A DNA stretch of 64,000 nucleotides from the NCBI GenBank assembly GCA_041394325.1, contig JAWKIJ010000001.1, positions 1,381,096-1,445,095 of the forward strand, written 5' to 3'. The notes under the pieces were generated by a model. It saw only the letters and a program-made list of their open reading frames with translations. It was not told where the DNA came from and made no database searches. Position 1 is the first letter of the stretch. Every line of letters begins with the position of its first letter. The DNA comes from Microthrixaceae bacterium (GTDB lineage: Bacteria; Actinomycetota; Acidimicrobiia; Acidimicrobiales; Microtrichaceae). The translations under genes were made by a program, and so were the position numbers. Shown piece after piece: positions 17,669 to 25,196 of the stretch.

Positions 17669-19673
17669 GCGAACAGTTGTTGTGGTCGCCGTTGCGCATC
17701 GGACCCGTCACCGTGCGGAACCGTGTGGTGTTCTCGGCTCATCTCACCAACTACGCCACCCAGGATGGGCTGGCCTCGCCGCAGCACGCCGCCTACTACG
17801 CCGAACGCGCACGTGGTGGCGCCGGGCTGATCATCACCGAGGAGCACTCGACCCATCTCACCGACTGGCCCTACGAGAAGCTGATCCACGGCTTCCGGCC
17901 CGAGGTGGTCGAGGGCTACCGGGCGATCACCGAGGCGGTGCACCGGCATCGGACGCCGATCTTCGCTCAGATCAACCACAACGGGGGGCAGGCCTCGTCG
18001 ATGTTCAGCCGCCTGCCCGTGTGGGCGCCTTCGGCGGTGGCCGACCCGTTGTTCCGGGAGGTTCCAAAGGCGGTGAGCGCGTCGGAGATCGACGAGATCG
18101 TTGCCGGTTACGCGCTCGTCGCCGCGCACTGCCGGGAGGGCGGCTTCGACGGGATCGAACTCCAGTGCAGCCACAGTTCGATCGTGCGCGGATTCCTGTC
18201 GCCGGCCACCAACCGGAGGACCGACGACTACGGCGGGCCGATCGAGGCGAGGGCACGGTTACTGGTCGAGATCGTCTCGGCGGTCCGAGAGGCGATCGGT
18301 CCGGGCCTCGCCCTGGGGGTCCGCCTGTGCGGTGACGAACTGATCGACGGTGGCACCACAATCGCCGACGCGGTCGCCACCGCTCGCATCGTCGAGGCGA
18401 CCGGGCACGTCGACTACATCAACACCTCCATCGGGGTGGCGACCGCGTCGCTGTTCATGATCGAGGCGTCGATGCACATCCCTCCCAACTACGCGATGTT
18501 CATCCCCTCCGCCCTGCGCGCCGCGGTGGAACTCCCCGTCGTCGGGGTGGGTCGTTTCAAGGATCCGCTCCAGGCGGACCGGGCGCTCCGTGAGGGCCTG
18601 TGCGACCTCGTGGGAGTGGTGCGCGGCCAGATCGCCGACGCGGACTTCGTCCGCAAGGCCCGGGCCGGTCGCGCCGAAGACGTGCGGTTGTGCCTGTCGT
18701 GCAACCAGGAGTGCGTCGGCCGAATGGGCCTCAACCGTTGGCTCGGCTGCATCGAGAACCCGAGGACCGGTCGCGAGTCACAGGGGGTCGGGCTGGCGGC
18801 GCCGGTCGCCCGTCGCCGCCGGGTCCTGGTCGTCGGCGCGGGTCCCGCGGGTATGCAGGCGGCGATCGCAGCGGCCCGCAACGGACATCACGTCACGGTG
18901 CTCGAACGCGAACGCGAGGTCGGCGGGCAGCTTCGGATCGCCGCGACGGTGCCCAACCGCGCGGAGCTGGGCGACCTGGTGCGCAACCAGCTCGCCGAAT
19001 GCGGGCGCCTCGGCGTGGTCGTCGAGACGGATGTGGACGCGACCGTCGAAGGGGTGCGGGCGCACGGGGCCGACGAGGTCGTCGTCGCGACCGGCGCCGT
19101 GCCTGCACGGCCGTGGTGGGCGCCCGAAGAGGCCGACTGGATCGTCGACGTGCGCGACGTCCTCGAAGGCCGTGCGCATCCCCAGGGCGACGTCGTCGTG
19201 CTCGACGAGGTCGGCTTCCACCACGCCACCTCGGTGGCCGAGCTCCTCGCCGACCGAGGTTGTCGGGTCGAGGTCGTCACCCCGGCATGGTCGTCGGCCA
19301 GGACCTCGGGATCACGTTGGACATGGAGAACTGGTGGATCCGGGCGACGGCCAAGGGGATCGTCCAGACGATCGAACTCGTGCCGATGGGCGTCGACGCG
19401 GCGACCCGCACGGTCGCGTTCCAACATCATCCGACCGGCCGGGACGTGCAGCGCACGGTGGATGCGATGGTGTTGGCGGTGCCCGCTTCGCCGGCGGACT
19501 CCCTCTACTTCGCGTTGAAGGAGGCGGGTGTCGCGGTGCAACGGGTGGGCGACTGCGTCGCACCGAGGCGCGCGCATGCGGCGGTGATCGACGGTGAACG
19601 GGTCGGCTCGGCAATCGGCAGCCGTCTGGCGGGCAGGCCTCCCATGTTGCGGCGCTCTATGCGTCGTCGTTGA
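17665..19673 (+). pseudogene. FadH/OYE-family flavin oxidoreductase, mycofactocin-system type 2; one frame break near 19285
   Basis: ORF 17665-19518 carries the N-terminal OYE domain, CLSCNQECVG and VVGAGPAGMQAAI. From about 19285 the family-like sequence GMVVGQDLGITLDMENWWIRATAKG...GDCVAPRRAHAAVIDG continues in the frame of ORF 18600-19673. GTG 17665 overlaps the previous stop. Confidence 0.8.
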
Positions 19674-19739
19674 CCGATGCCGAACTGTTCGACGGGGCGG
19701 TCGCTCTCGAACAGGCGCGGGCCCGGCTCGACGCGGCGG
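19627..19739 (+). repeat. truncated remnant of the 5' end of a DUF222-HNH (REP13E12-like) gene
   Basis: About 100 of 114 nt are identical, by manual alignment, to the reverse complement of 6500-6614. It encodes ASHVAALYASSLTDAELFDGAVALEQARARLDAA versus ASHVAALDASSLSDAELFDGVVGLEQARARLDAA in the full copy. Confidence 0.8.
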
Positions 19740-19750
19740 TAGTTCCGGCC

Positions 19751-20578
19751 TCAGCCGAGTCCGACGTCGCTGACGACGATGAAACCGGCGTTGAACGAGG
19801 TGACGTCGTCGGTGCCGGTGGCGCTGCTCGTGCAGTCGACACCCGCGACCAGTGCCCGGTCGGTCGGGGAGAGGGCGGGAGGCTCCTCGACCGTGCCCCT
19901 CACCTTGCCCGAAGCGCAACTCGGTGCGTTGATGTTGGCCACGGTGGCCTTCTGCAACGATCCGGCGTGTTCGTCGAGCCATGCCATGGCCGCCTGCACC
20001 GCTGCGGAATAGTCGATCTCGGTGCCGCCGGCGGGTAGTCCCTGGCTGATCGCCACCGCCGGCAGGCCGCGCCGCGCCGCGGCTCGGGCCGCGCCGACGG
20101 TCCCCGAGATCGACAGAACCGGTCCGAGGTTCTGACCGAGGTTCACACCGCTCATGACCAGATCCGGCGGAGTCCCGGCCAGCACGGTGTCGAGCCCGTA
20201 GACGACCGAGTCCGCGGGTGTTCCCTTCACCGCCACCGCGGCAAGCCCACCGGCAGTGGCCGTGTCCGTCGCGGTCGGTGACGGTGTCGTGGAGTCGCCC
20301 TTGCCGCTCTGGTTCTCGGCCGGGGCGACGATTACGACACGCGAGACGTCGGCGCGGCCGGACAGTGCACGGGTGAGCTGGTCGATTCCCTCGGCGTGCA
20401 CCCCGTCGTCGTTGCTCACCAGTACGACCAGCCCTCTCGCCGGGGTGTTCGTGCTGGTCGTCGTCCTCGCAGCATCGAGCGTCGTCGGGCCCGAGGCGTT
20501 CCCGTCGCCACCGCACCCCGTCGTCGAGGCCGCAAGGGCGAGGGTTACGAGCAGGATCGTGTTCACCGATCGTCGCAT
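19751..20578 (-). CDS. surE: SurE-family 5'/3'-nucleotidase with lipoprotein signal peptide
   Basis: ORF 19751-20578. MRRSVNTILLVTLALAASTTGC (lipobox-like) is followed by VLVSNDDGVHAEGI (SurE motif) and SGVNLGQNLG. Confidence 0.8.
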   Translation of the reverse strand: MRRSVNTILLVTLALAASTTGCGGDGNASGPTTLDAARTTTSTNTPARGLVVLVSNDDGVHAEGIDQLTRALSGRADVSRVVIVAPAENQSGKGDSTTPSPTATDTATAGGLAAVAVKGTPADSVVYGLDTVLAGTPPDLVMSGVNLGQNLGPVLSISGTVGAARAAARRGLPAVAISQGLPAGGTEIDYSAAVQAAMAWLDEHAGSLQKATVANINAPSCASGKVRGTVEEPPALSPTDRALVAGVDCTSSATGTDDVTSFNAGFIVVSDVGLG

Positions 20579-20623
20579 CGCCGCACGATATCGAGTCGAA
20601 CCCCGATGGCGACGGTGTTCGAC

Positions 20624-21649
20624 TCACTCGAACTCGGCCGGCAACTCCCAGGGGGCGGTCGGTAGTGGATCGCCCGTCTCCAGGAAGGTCTTCAGGTTGG
20701 ACAGGGCGGCCGGCCAGCCATGCTCGGCGGCCGTCCGGGTCGATCCCTCCAGTCCTTCGTGCAGCACCGTGAGACGGGTGACCGTCGTGAAGTCGTCGAG
20801 TCGGTAGGTGACCCGCGACGGTGGGGTTTCCGGTCCGGTTCGCTCCTCCCATGTCGTGACAAGGCGCTTCGGCCGTGTCGCCTCCAGGACCTCGCCGTCG
20901 ACGACGGTCGCCCCCGCACCGTCGTCGTGTCGGTTGCGCCACCGCGACCCCACTTCCCATGACGACTCGTTGCGACGGCCCCACCACGCGGCCGTGAGGT
21001 CCCCGTCGGTCAGCGCAGCCCACACGTCGTCGGCCGAGGCGCCCAGGTACAGCACGACCTGCAACGGCAGCGCGTCCGCGCCACGGTCCACGGTGGGTGC
21101 CACATCGACCGCGCCCGCCGGGTGGGTGGAGAGGTCAACGGGTCCGAGGGCGTGGATCCATCGGGTGTCGTGCTCGCCGGGTCTGCGGTCGAGTGGTCGC
21201 ACGAGTGGATCGGTCCGTACGGCCATGGACTCGAGCGCGGCGTCGACGGCGCCGCGGTCGGCGAAGGGGTGGAGCCGCTCGGATCTGGTCTTCAGCTCAC
21301 CGGCGGACTGGGGGCCGCGCAACAGCAACAACGTCACGATCGCCCGTTCGGCGTCGTCGATCCCGATTCGCTCGTCGAGCACCTGCCGGAATTTCACCGC
21401 CCGGGCACCGCCTGACGCGTAGACGATCCGTGCGAGGCCACGGGCCTTCAGGCGGTCGATCGCCTCGGTCACCGTCCGGTCGTCGAAGTCGACGACCGGG
21501 TCCCGGCTGTTCTTCTGGTTGCACGCCGTGCGTAGAGCGTTGAGCGTCATCGGGTACGTGTCGGGAACGGTGCGCTGCTTCTCCATCAGCGCCCCGATCA
21601 CCCGTTGCTCGACGGTGTCGAGTTCGGGAAGGCCGTCGGATGGCTCCAT
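20624..21649 (-). CDS. YceH (DUF480)-like domain fused to an SRPBCC/AHSA1 domain
   Basis: ORF 20624-22036. Start moved to ATG 21649 (MEPSDGLPELDTVEQRVIGALMEKQ, matching the start of E. coli YceH). C-terminal part reads ADDVWAALTDGDLTAAWWG...TRLTVLHEG. The Pro/Ser-repeat N-terminal extension in the track ORF is treated as the antisense shadow of the 48-bp repeat. Confidence 0.7.
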   Translation of the reverse strand: MEPSDGLPELDTVEQRVIGALMEKQRTVPDTYPMTLNALRTACNQKNSRDPVVDFDDRTVTEAIDRLKARGLARIVYASGGARAVKFRQVLDERIGIDDAERAIVTLLLLRGPQSAGELKTRSERLHPFADRGAVDAALESMAVRTDPLVRPLDRRPGEHDTRWIHALGPVDLSTHPAGAVDVAPTVDRGADALPLQVVLYLGASADDVWAALTDGDLTAAWWGRRNESSWEVGSRWRNRHDDGAGATVVDGEVLEATRPKRLVTTWEERTGPETPPSRVTYRLDDFTTVTRLTVLHEGLEGSTRTAAEHGWPAALSNLKTFLETGDPLPTAPWELPAEFE

Positions 21650-21719
21650 CGACCAGACGCTATTGCCCGTGCCGTCGACCTGCGGCGGGCCGTTCGCCGG
21701 TAGTGGATACAGTCCGCTC

Positions 21720-21956
21720 ATGACCATCACCGATGACGACATCACCGCCGGCCCCGCGGACGAAGAGCTCACGACGCTGACACTCGGCGACTCCGACGCC
21801 TCCGACGGCGGCGACAGTGACGGCACCGACGGCGGCGACTCCGACGGGTCCGACGGGGGCGACAGTGACGGCACCGACGGCGGCGACTCCGACGGGTCCG
21901 ACGGGGGCGACAGTGACGGCACCGACGGCGGCGACTCCGACGGGTCCGACGCCTGA
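21720..21956 (+). CDS. 78-codon acidic Asp/Gly/Ser/Thr-repeat ORF; either a separate small protein or (favoured) the frameshifted N-terminal extension of the downstream JmjC/cupin gene
   Basis: Tail of ORF 21519-21956 from ATG 21720. Reads MTITDDDITAGPADEELTTLTLGDSDASDGG(DSDGTDGGDSDGSDGG)x2 DSDGTDGGDSDGSDA. No strong SD. See finding. Confidence 0.35.
   Translation: MTITDDDITAGPADEELTTLTLGDSDASDGGDSDGTDGGDSDGSDGGDSDGTDGGDSDGSDGGDSDGTDGGDSDGSDA
21786..21950. repeat. 48-bp perfect tandem repeat, about 3.4 copies
   Basis: Unit gacagtgacggcaccgacggcggcgactccgacgggtccgacgggggc at 21813-21860 and 21861-21908 (identical). 21909-21950 is the first 42 nt of a third copy, and a diverged partial copy lies at 21786-21812. 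Confidence 0.9.
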
Positions 21957-22189
21957 ACGACCGAGTTCCTCCCGAGCAGGACGAGTCGGCCCTGTTCGAT
22001 TCCGAAGCGCACTGGCAGGTCCGGCGCGTCCTCCATCGGGACGCGCCGGACCTCGCCGCGCTCGTCGACGACGCCGCGACGTTCCGTTCGATCGACCTGT
22101 TCACCCGGCCCCGGGCATTTCCCGCACCGACCGGATCCGGCACGCCTGCTCTCACCTTCACCGACCCCGATCGCCTGTGGGACGACTTC

Positions 22190-23239
22190 TTGGGGCGCGG
22201 CACTCGTCGGCCCGCGTTCCGTCTGGTGGAGAACGGAGTCAACCTCGTGGCGTCCACCGTCACCCGTCGTGTGGGGATGGGCAATCGATCCCTCGACGAC
22301 GTGGTCGATCCCGCGGCCGTGGTTCGCCGCTACCGGGACGGGGCGACCGTCTCGCTACAAGGCCTGCAGCACACCGACCCGGAGCTGGCCCGGCTGGCCA
22401 ACAACCTCGCACTCGAACTCGATCACCGCACCCAGGTCAACGCGTACCTGTCGCCCTCGAATGCCCGGGGCCTCGACCTCCACCTCGACTTCCACGACGT
22501 GTTCGTGGTGCAGGTGCGCGGTGTCAAGCGGTGGCGCGTCTGGGACCCGCTCCCCGATGTCCGCCATCCTGTGAAGGGTCTGCACCGCGCGACGGGCCCG
22601 ACACTCGACGAACTCGGCGATCCGTCCCTCGACCTGACGATGCGGCCCGGTGACCGCCTCTACCTGCCACGGGGCTTCCTCCACGCCGCCGAGACGATCG
22701 ACGTCGCATCGGAGCACCTCACCGTCGGGCTCGTGCCGCTCCGCTGGGATCGGGTGCTGCACCGCTGCATCGACGCCGAGGTCGCGGGCGGGCGTTTCGC
22801 CGAGTCGCTTCCCGCCGGGCTGCTGTCGCCGGGCGCGGTCGCCGCACTCGGGTCCGCGGTCGCGTTCCCCTCGCTGCCGGCCGACGCGGTGGCGCGATGG
22901 GCGGGCTCGTCACTACAGCGGTGGATGGTCACCGAGATATGGCGTCGGCAACCGCTGACCCGCGTCCCGCCGCGGGATCTTCCCAGACCGGGCGACGGGG
23001 CGCCGTTGCACTGGACGCCCGGCCCACTGATCTGGCTGACCACAGAAGGCGGTCGCGCACGGCTCGGCTTCGGCGACCGGCGACTCGACCTGCCGATCGG
23101 TGCACTCGGATACCTGTCGTCACTGGTGGCCGCCGACCCGGCGGTCGACCTCGCATCGATCGAAGCCGACCTCGATGCGTCGTCCAGAGGTGTCGTCCTC
23201 CGGCGGATGTTGGGCGAGGGGCTCGTCGCGCATGACTGA
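22190..23239 (+). CDS. JmjC/cupin_4-family oxygenase (ribosomal-oxygenase-like); true 5' end probably further upstream
   Basis: ORF 22190-23239 (TTG start). Reads RPAFRLVENG..., VNAYLSPSNARGLDLHLDFHDVFVVQVRGVKRWRV and GDRLYLPRGFLHAAET. The same frame stays open and family-like upstream to about 21915, but has no ATG/GTG/TTG there. Confidence 0.75.
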   Translation: MGRGTRRPAFRLVENGVNLVASTVTRRVGMGNRSLDDVVDPAAVVRRYRDGATVSLQGLQHTDPELARLANNLALELDHRTQVNAYLSPSNARGLDLHLDFHDVFVVQVRGVKRWRVWDPLPDVRHPVKGLHRATGPTLDELGDPSLDLTMRPGDRLYLPRGFLHAAETIDVASEHLTVGLVPLRWDRVLHRCIDAEVAGGRFAESLPAGLLSPGAVAALGSAVAFPSLPADAVARWAGSSLQRWMVTEIWRRQPLTRVPPRDLPRPGDGAPLHWTPGPLIWLTTEGGRARLGFGDRRLDLPIGALGYLSSLVAADPAVDLASIEADLDASSRGVVLRRMLGEGLVAHD

Positions 23240-24191
23240 ACGCTCCGCACCGCGCTTCGAGTGTGCCCCGGCGTCGTGCGCGCGGGCCGAGCCGCTCGAC
23301 GCCACCGCAAGCAGGGTGCCTTCGTGGCTGTTGATCGAGGTGCACGGCGCGTGGGGGGCCGCGGCGATCGAGCAGAGCGCGTTGGGAGAGCACCTGCCAC
23401 CGGGTTGGCGAGCCGAGTTGAAACGGCACGGCATCCGCCCTGTTTGCATCCGCCGCCCGCGCCGCCCGCCCGCGTCGGACGACACGTCGGCGGCGACGGT
23501 GTTCCACGTGCGGCCGCGCCGCCCCGGCGAGGGACGCTCCGAGGTGTGGACGGCCACGGTCGGAGGACTCGACGCGATCGCCGGGCTCTCTGCCGCGATC
23601 GTGGCCGGGCTCGGCGCGCCCGATGCGGGACCGGGGCCACCATGGACACCGACGACCGATCCGATCGCGCTGATCTGCACCAACGGTCGTCACGATCCGT
23701 GCTGCGCGAACTTCGGCCGCCCGCTTGTCCGTGCCCTCGCGGAGGGTCCGTGGGCGGACCGATTGTGGGAGTGCTCCCACATCGGCGGCGACCGGTTCGC
23801 GCCCAACATGGTGTTGCTCCCCGAGGGCCTGTACTTCGGTCGGCTCGATCCGCGATCAGCGGTGGAGGCGTTGCACGCGTACGCGGCGGGGACGATTTCA
23901 CCGACGCACTTCCGCGGACGGTCCACGTTCCGGCTCCTCGAACAGGCCGCGGAGATCGCCGTGCGCCGACGATTGGCCGATCGCGGCCAGTTTCCGGGGA
24001 TCGACGACGTGCAGGTCGAGTTGCGGGGGGTCCTCGACTCGGTCGCCGAGTTGGTGGTGACGGCTTGCCGGGTGCGGCATCTGGTACGGGTGCGGTGCTC
24101 GACCGAGCAGGTAAGTGAACCACTCACCTGCAAGGGCCCGGGAGACCAACGTGCTCCCCGCTTCGAGGTGCTGGAGATCGCGGCCCGCTGA
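23232..24191 (+). CDS. sucrase/ferredoxin-like (thioredoxin-like [2Fe-2S]) family protein
   Basis: Tail of ORF 23100-24191 from ATG 23232 (ATGACTGA overlap with the cupin stop). Motifs LICTNGRHDPCCANFGRP and WECSHIGGDRFAPNMVLLPEGLYFGR. Confidence 0.75.
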   Translation: MTERSAPRFECAPASCARAEPLDATASRVPSWLLIEVHGAWGAAAIEQSALGEHLPPGWRAELKRHGIRPVCIRRPRRPPASDDTSAATVFHVRPRRPGEGRSEVWTATVGGLDAIAGLSAAIVAGLGAPDAGPGPPWTPTTDPIALICTNGRHDPCCANFGRPLVRALAEGPWADRLWECSHIGGDRFAPNMVLLPEGLYFGRLDPRSAVEALHAYAAGTISPTHFRGRSTFRLLEQAAEIAVRRRLADRGQFPGIDDVQVELRGVLDSVAELVVTACRVRHLVRVRCSTEQVSEPLTCKGPGDQRAPRFEVLEIAAR

Positions 24192-24216
24192 TCCCGACCG
24201 GCGATTCGCGAGCGTG

Positions 24217-25101
24217 TCAGGCGACCTCGAAGCCTTTGATCATGCCCACCATCACGTGGGCGGGTGCGTTCTCGGGGGGCGCTCCGGCTCCGGTGTAGCC
24301 CACGGGACGCGGGCAGAGGATCACGTAGGTGCCCCTCGTCAGCCGTGCGGTCACGCTGCCGGTCCCTCCGGGAGTGGTGAACGCTCCGTCCACGACGTCC
24401 TTGCCGACCTTCGTCAGAGCCTCGAACGGATCTCCCGTGGCGTTCTTGATCGCATCGGTCACCGCCTTCACCGGGTCGCCGCGCACGTCCTTGTTGAGAC
24501 GGATGAGCACGATCATGTGGGCGTTCTGACCCTGCGACGTTCCCTTGAACGACACCGGACCTTCGGGGAGCGTTGCGGGCATCCCCTCGTATGCGTAGTC
24601 ACGGAAGGTCAGATCGACCTTGGTGAACCCGCAGTGGTCGTGCACCCAGTTCCCGAGGGTGCTGAAGGCGACGGTCGGCGAATCCGCCTCGAGTTGGGAC
24701 GTGTCGCCTCCCGCTGCCACCGCGGCGAGCGCGGAGGTGAGTGTGCCGAGCGGCGCCGTGAGCTCGGTCGGCGGGTCCTGGTCACGGGTGAGGAGCGCGT
24801 TCATCCGGAGAGCGTCGGCTTTGATCTCGTTGGGTGGCGTGCTCTCGTCGAAGATCTGCGATGCCACCTTGTCGACATCTATCCACGCGTCGCACAGCTC
24901 CCGATGGCCGCTCGTGACCCGCTTCGCGGTGGTCCCCGAGCCGGCGCGTCCGGAGGTCGTGGCGCTCCCGCTCGCGACGGAGCTCTTGGAGTCGGTCTTG
25001 GCGCATGCCGGCATCAGGAGGACGGCGGCGGCGAGCACGGTCGCGGGGATGAGCCCTCGATGTTGCCGGTGGCGCGGAGGTGAGGAGTGTTCGGTGCGCA
25101 T
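24217..25101 (-). CDS. putative lipoprotein of unknown function (C-terminal cupredoxin-like region?)
   Basis: ORF 24217-25200; start at ATG 25101. MRTEHSS...LIPATVLAAAVLLMPAC (lipobox). C-terminus reads AHMIVL...YVILCPRP...HVMVGMIKGFEV. Confidence 0.55.
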   Translation of the reverse strand: MRTEHSSPPRHRQHRGLIPATVLAAAVLLMPACAKTDSKSSVASGSATTSGRAGSGTTAKRVTSGHRELCDAWIDVDKVASQIFDESTPPNEIKADALRMNALLTRDQDPPTELTAPLGTLTSALAAVAAGGDTSQLEADSPTVAFSTLGNWVHDHCGFTKVDLTFRDYAYEGMPATLPEGPVSFKGTSQGQNAHMIVLIRLNKDVRGDPVKAVTDAIKNATGDPFEALTKVGKDVVDGAFTTPGGTGSVTARLTRGTYVILCPRPVGYTGAGAPPENAPAHVMVGMIKGFEVA

Positions 25102-25196
25102 GAGCGAATCCTCCTCGACCGTGCCCGCCGAGGCGAGGGTGTCAGCCGTCGGAGATCGGTGGTGCCAGCACCCCCGCGCCGTCGCCTGCGGCGGGC

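Noticed and set aside
15602-19673. Whether one of the FadH/OYE proteins could simply be MftD.
   Set aside because: MftD belongs to the FMN-dependent alpha-hydroxyacid oxidase/lactate dehydrogenase fold of about 390 aa. These proteins are about 670-690 aa OYE + Fe-S + FAD/NAD enzymes of the 2,4-dienoyl-CoA reductase type.
18888-21023. 711-aa minus-strand ORF spanning FadH/OYE-2, surE and the yceH-like gene.
   Set aside because: It is Arg-rich low-complexity sequence. It runs antisense to FadH/OYE-2 and off-frame over the same-strand surE and yceH-like genes, all of which carry clear motifs.
21786-21950. Tandem repeat array considered as a possible CRISPR.
   Set aside because: The units are directly adjacent with no spacers, the 48-bp units are in-frame coding-type repeats, and there are no cas genes.
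21650-22036. N-terminal 129-aa extension of the yceH-like ORF (MEDAPDL... with SDPSESPPSVPSLSPP repeats).
   Set aside because: E. coli YceH aligns from the internal Met at 21649. The extension is the wobble-sharing antisense frame of the 48-bp repeat and would overlap the family-like N-terminus of the divergent cupin gene. It is not fully excluded.
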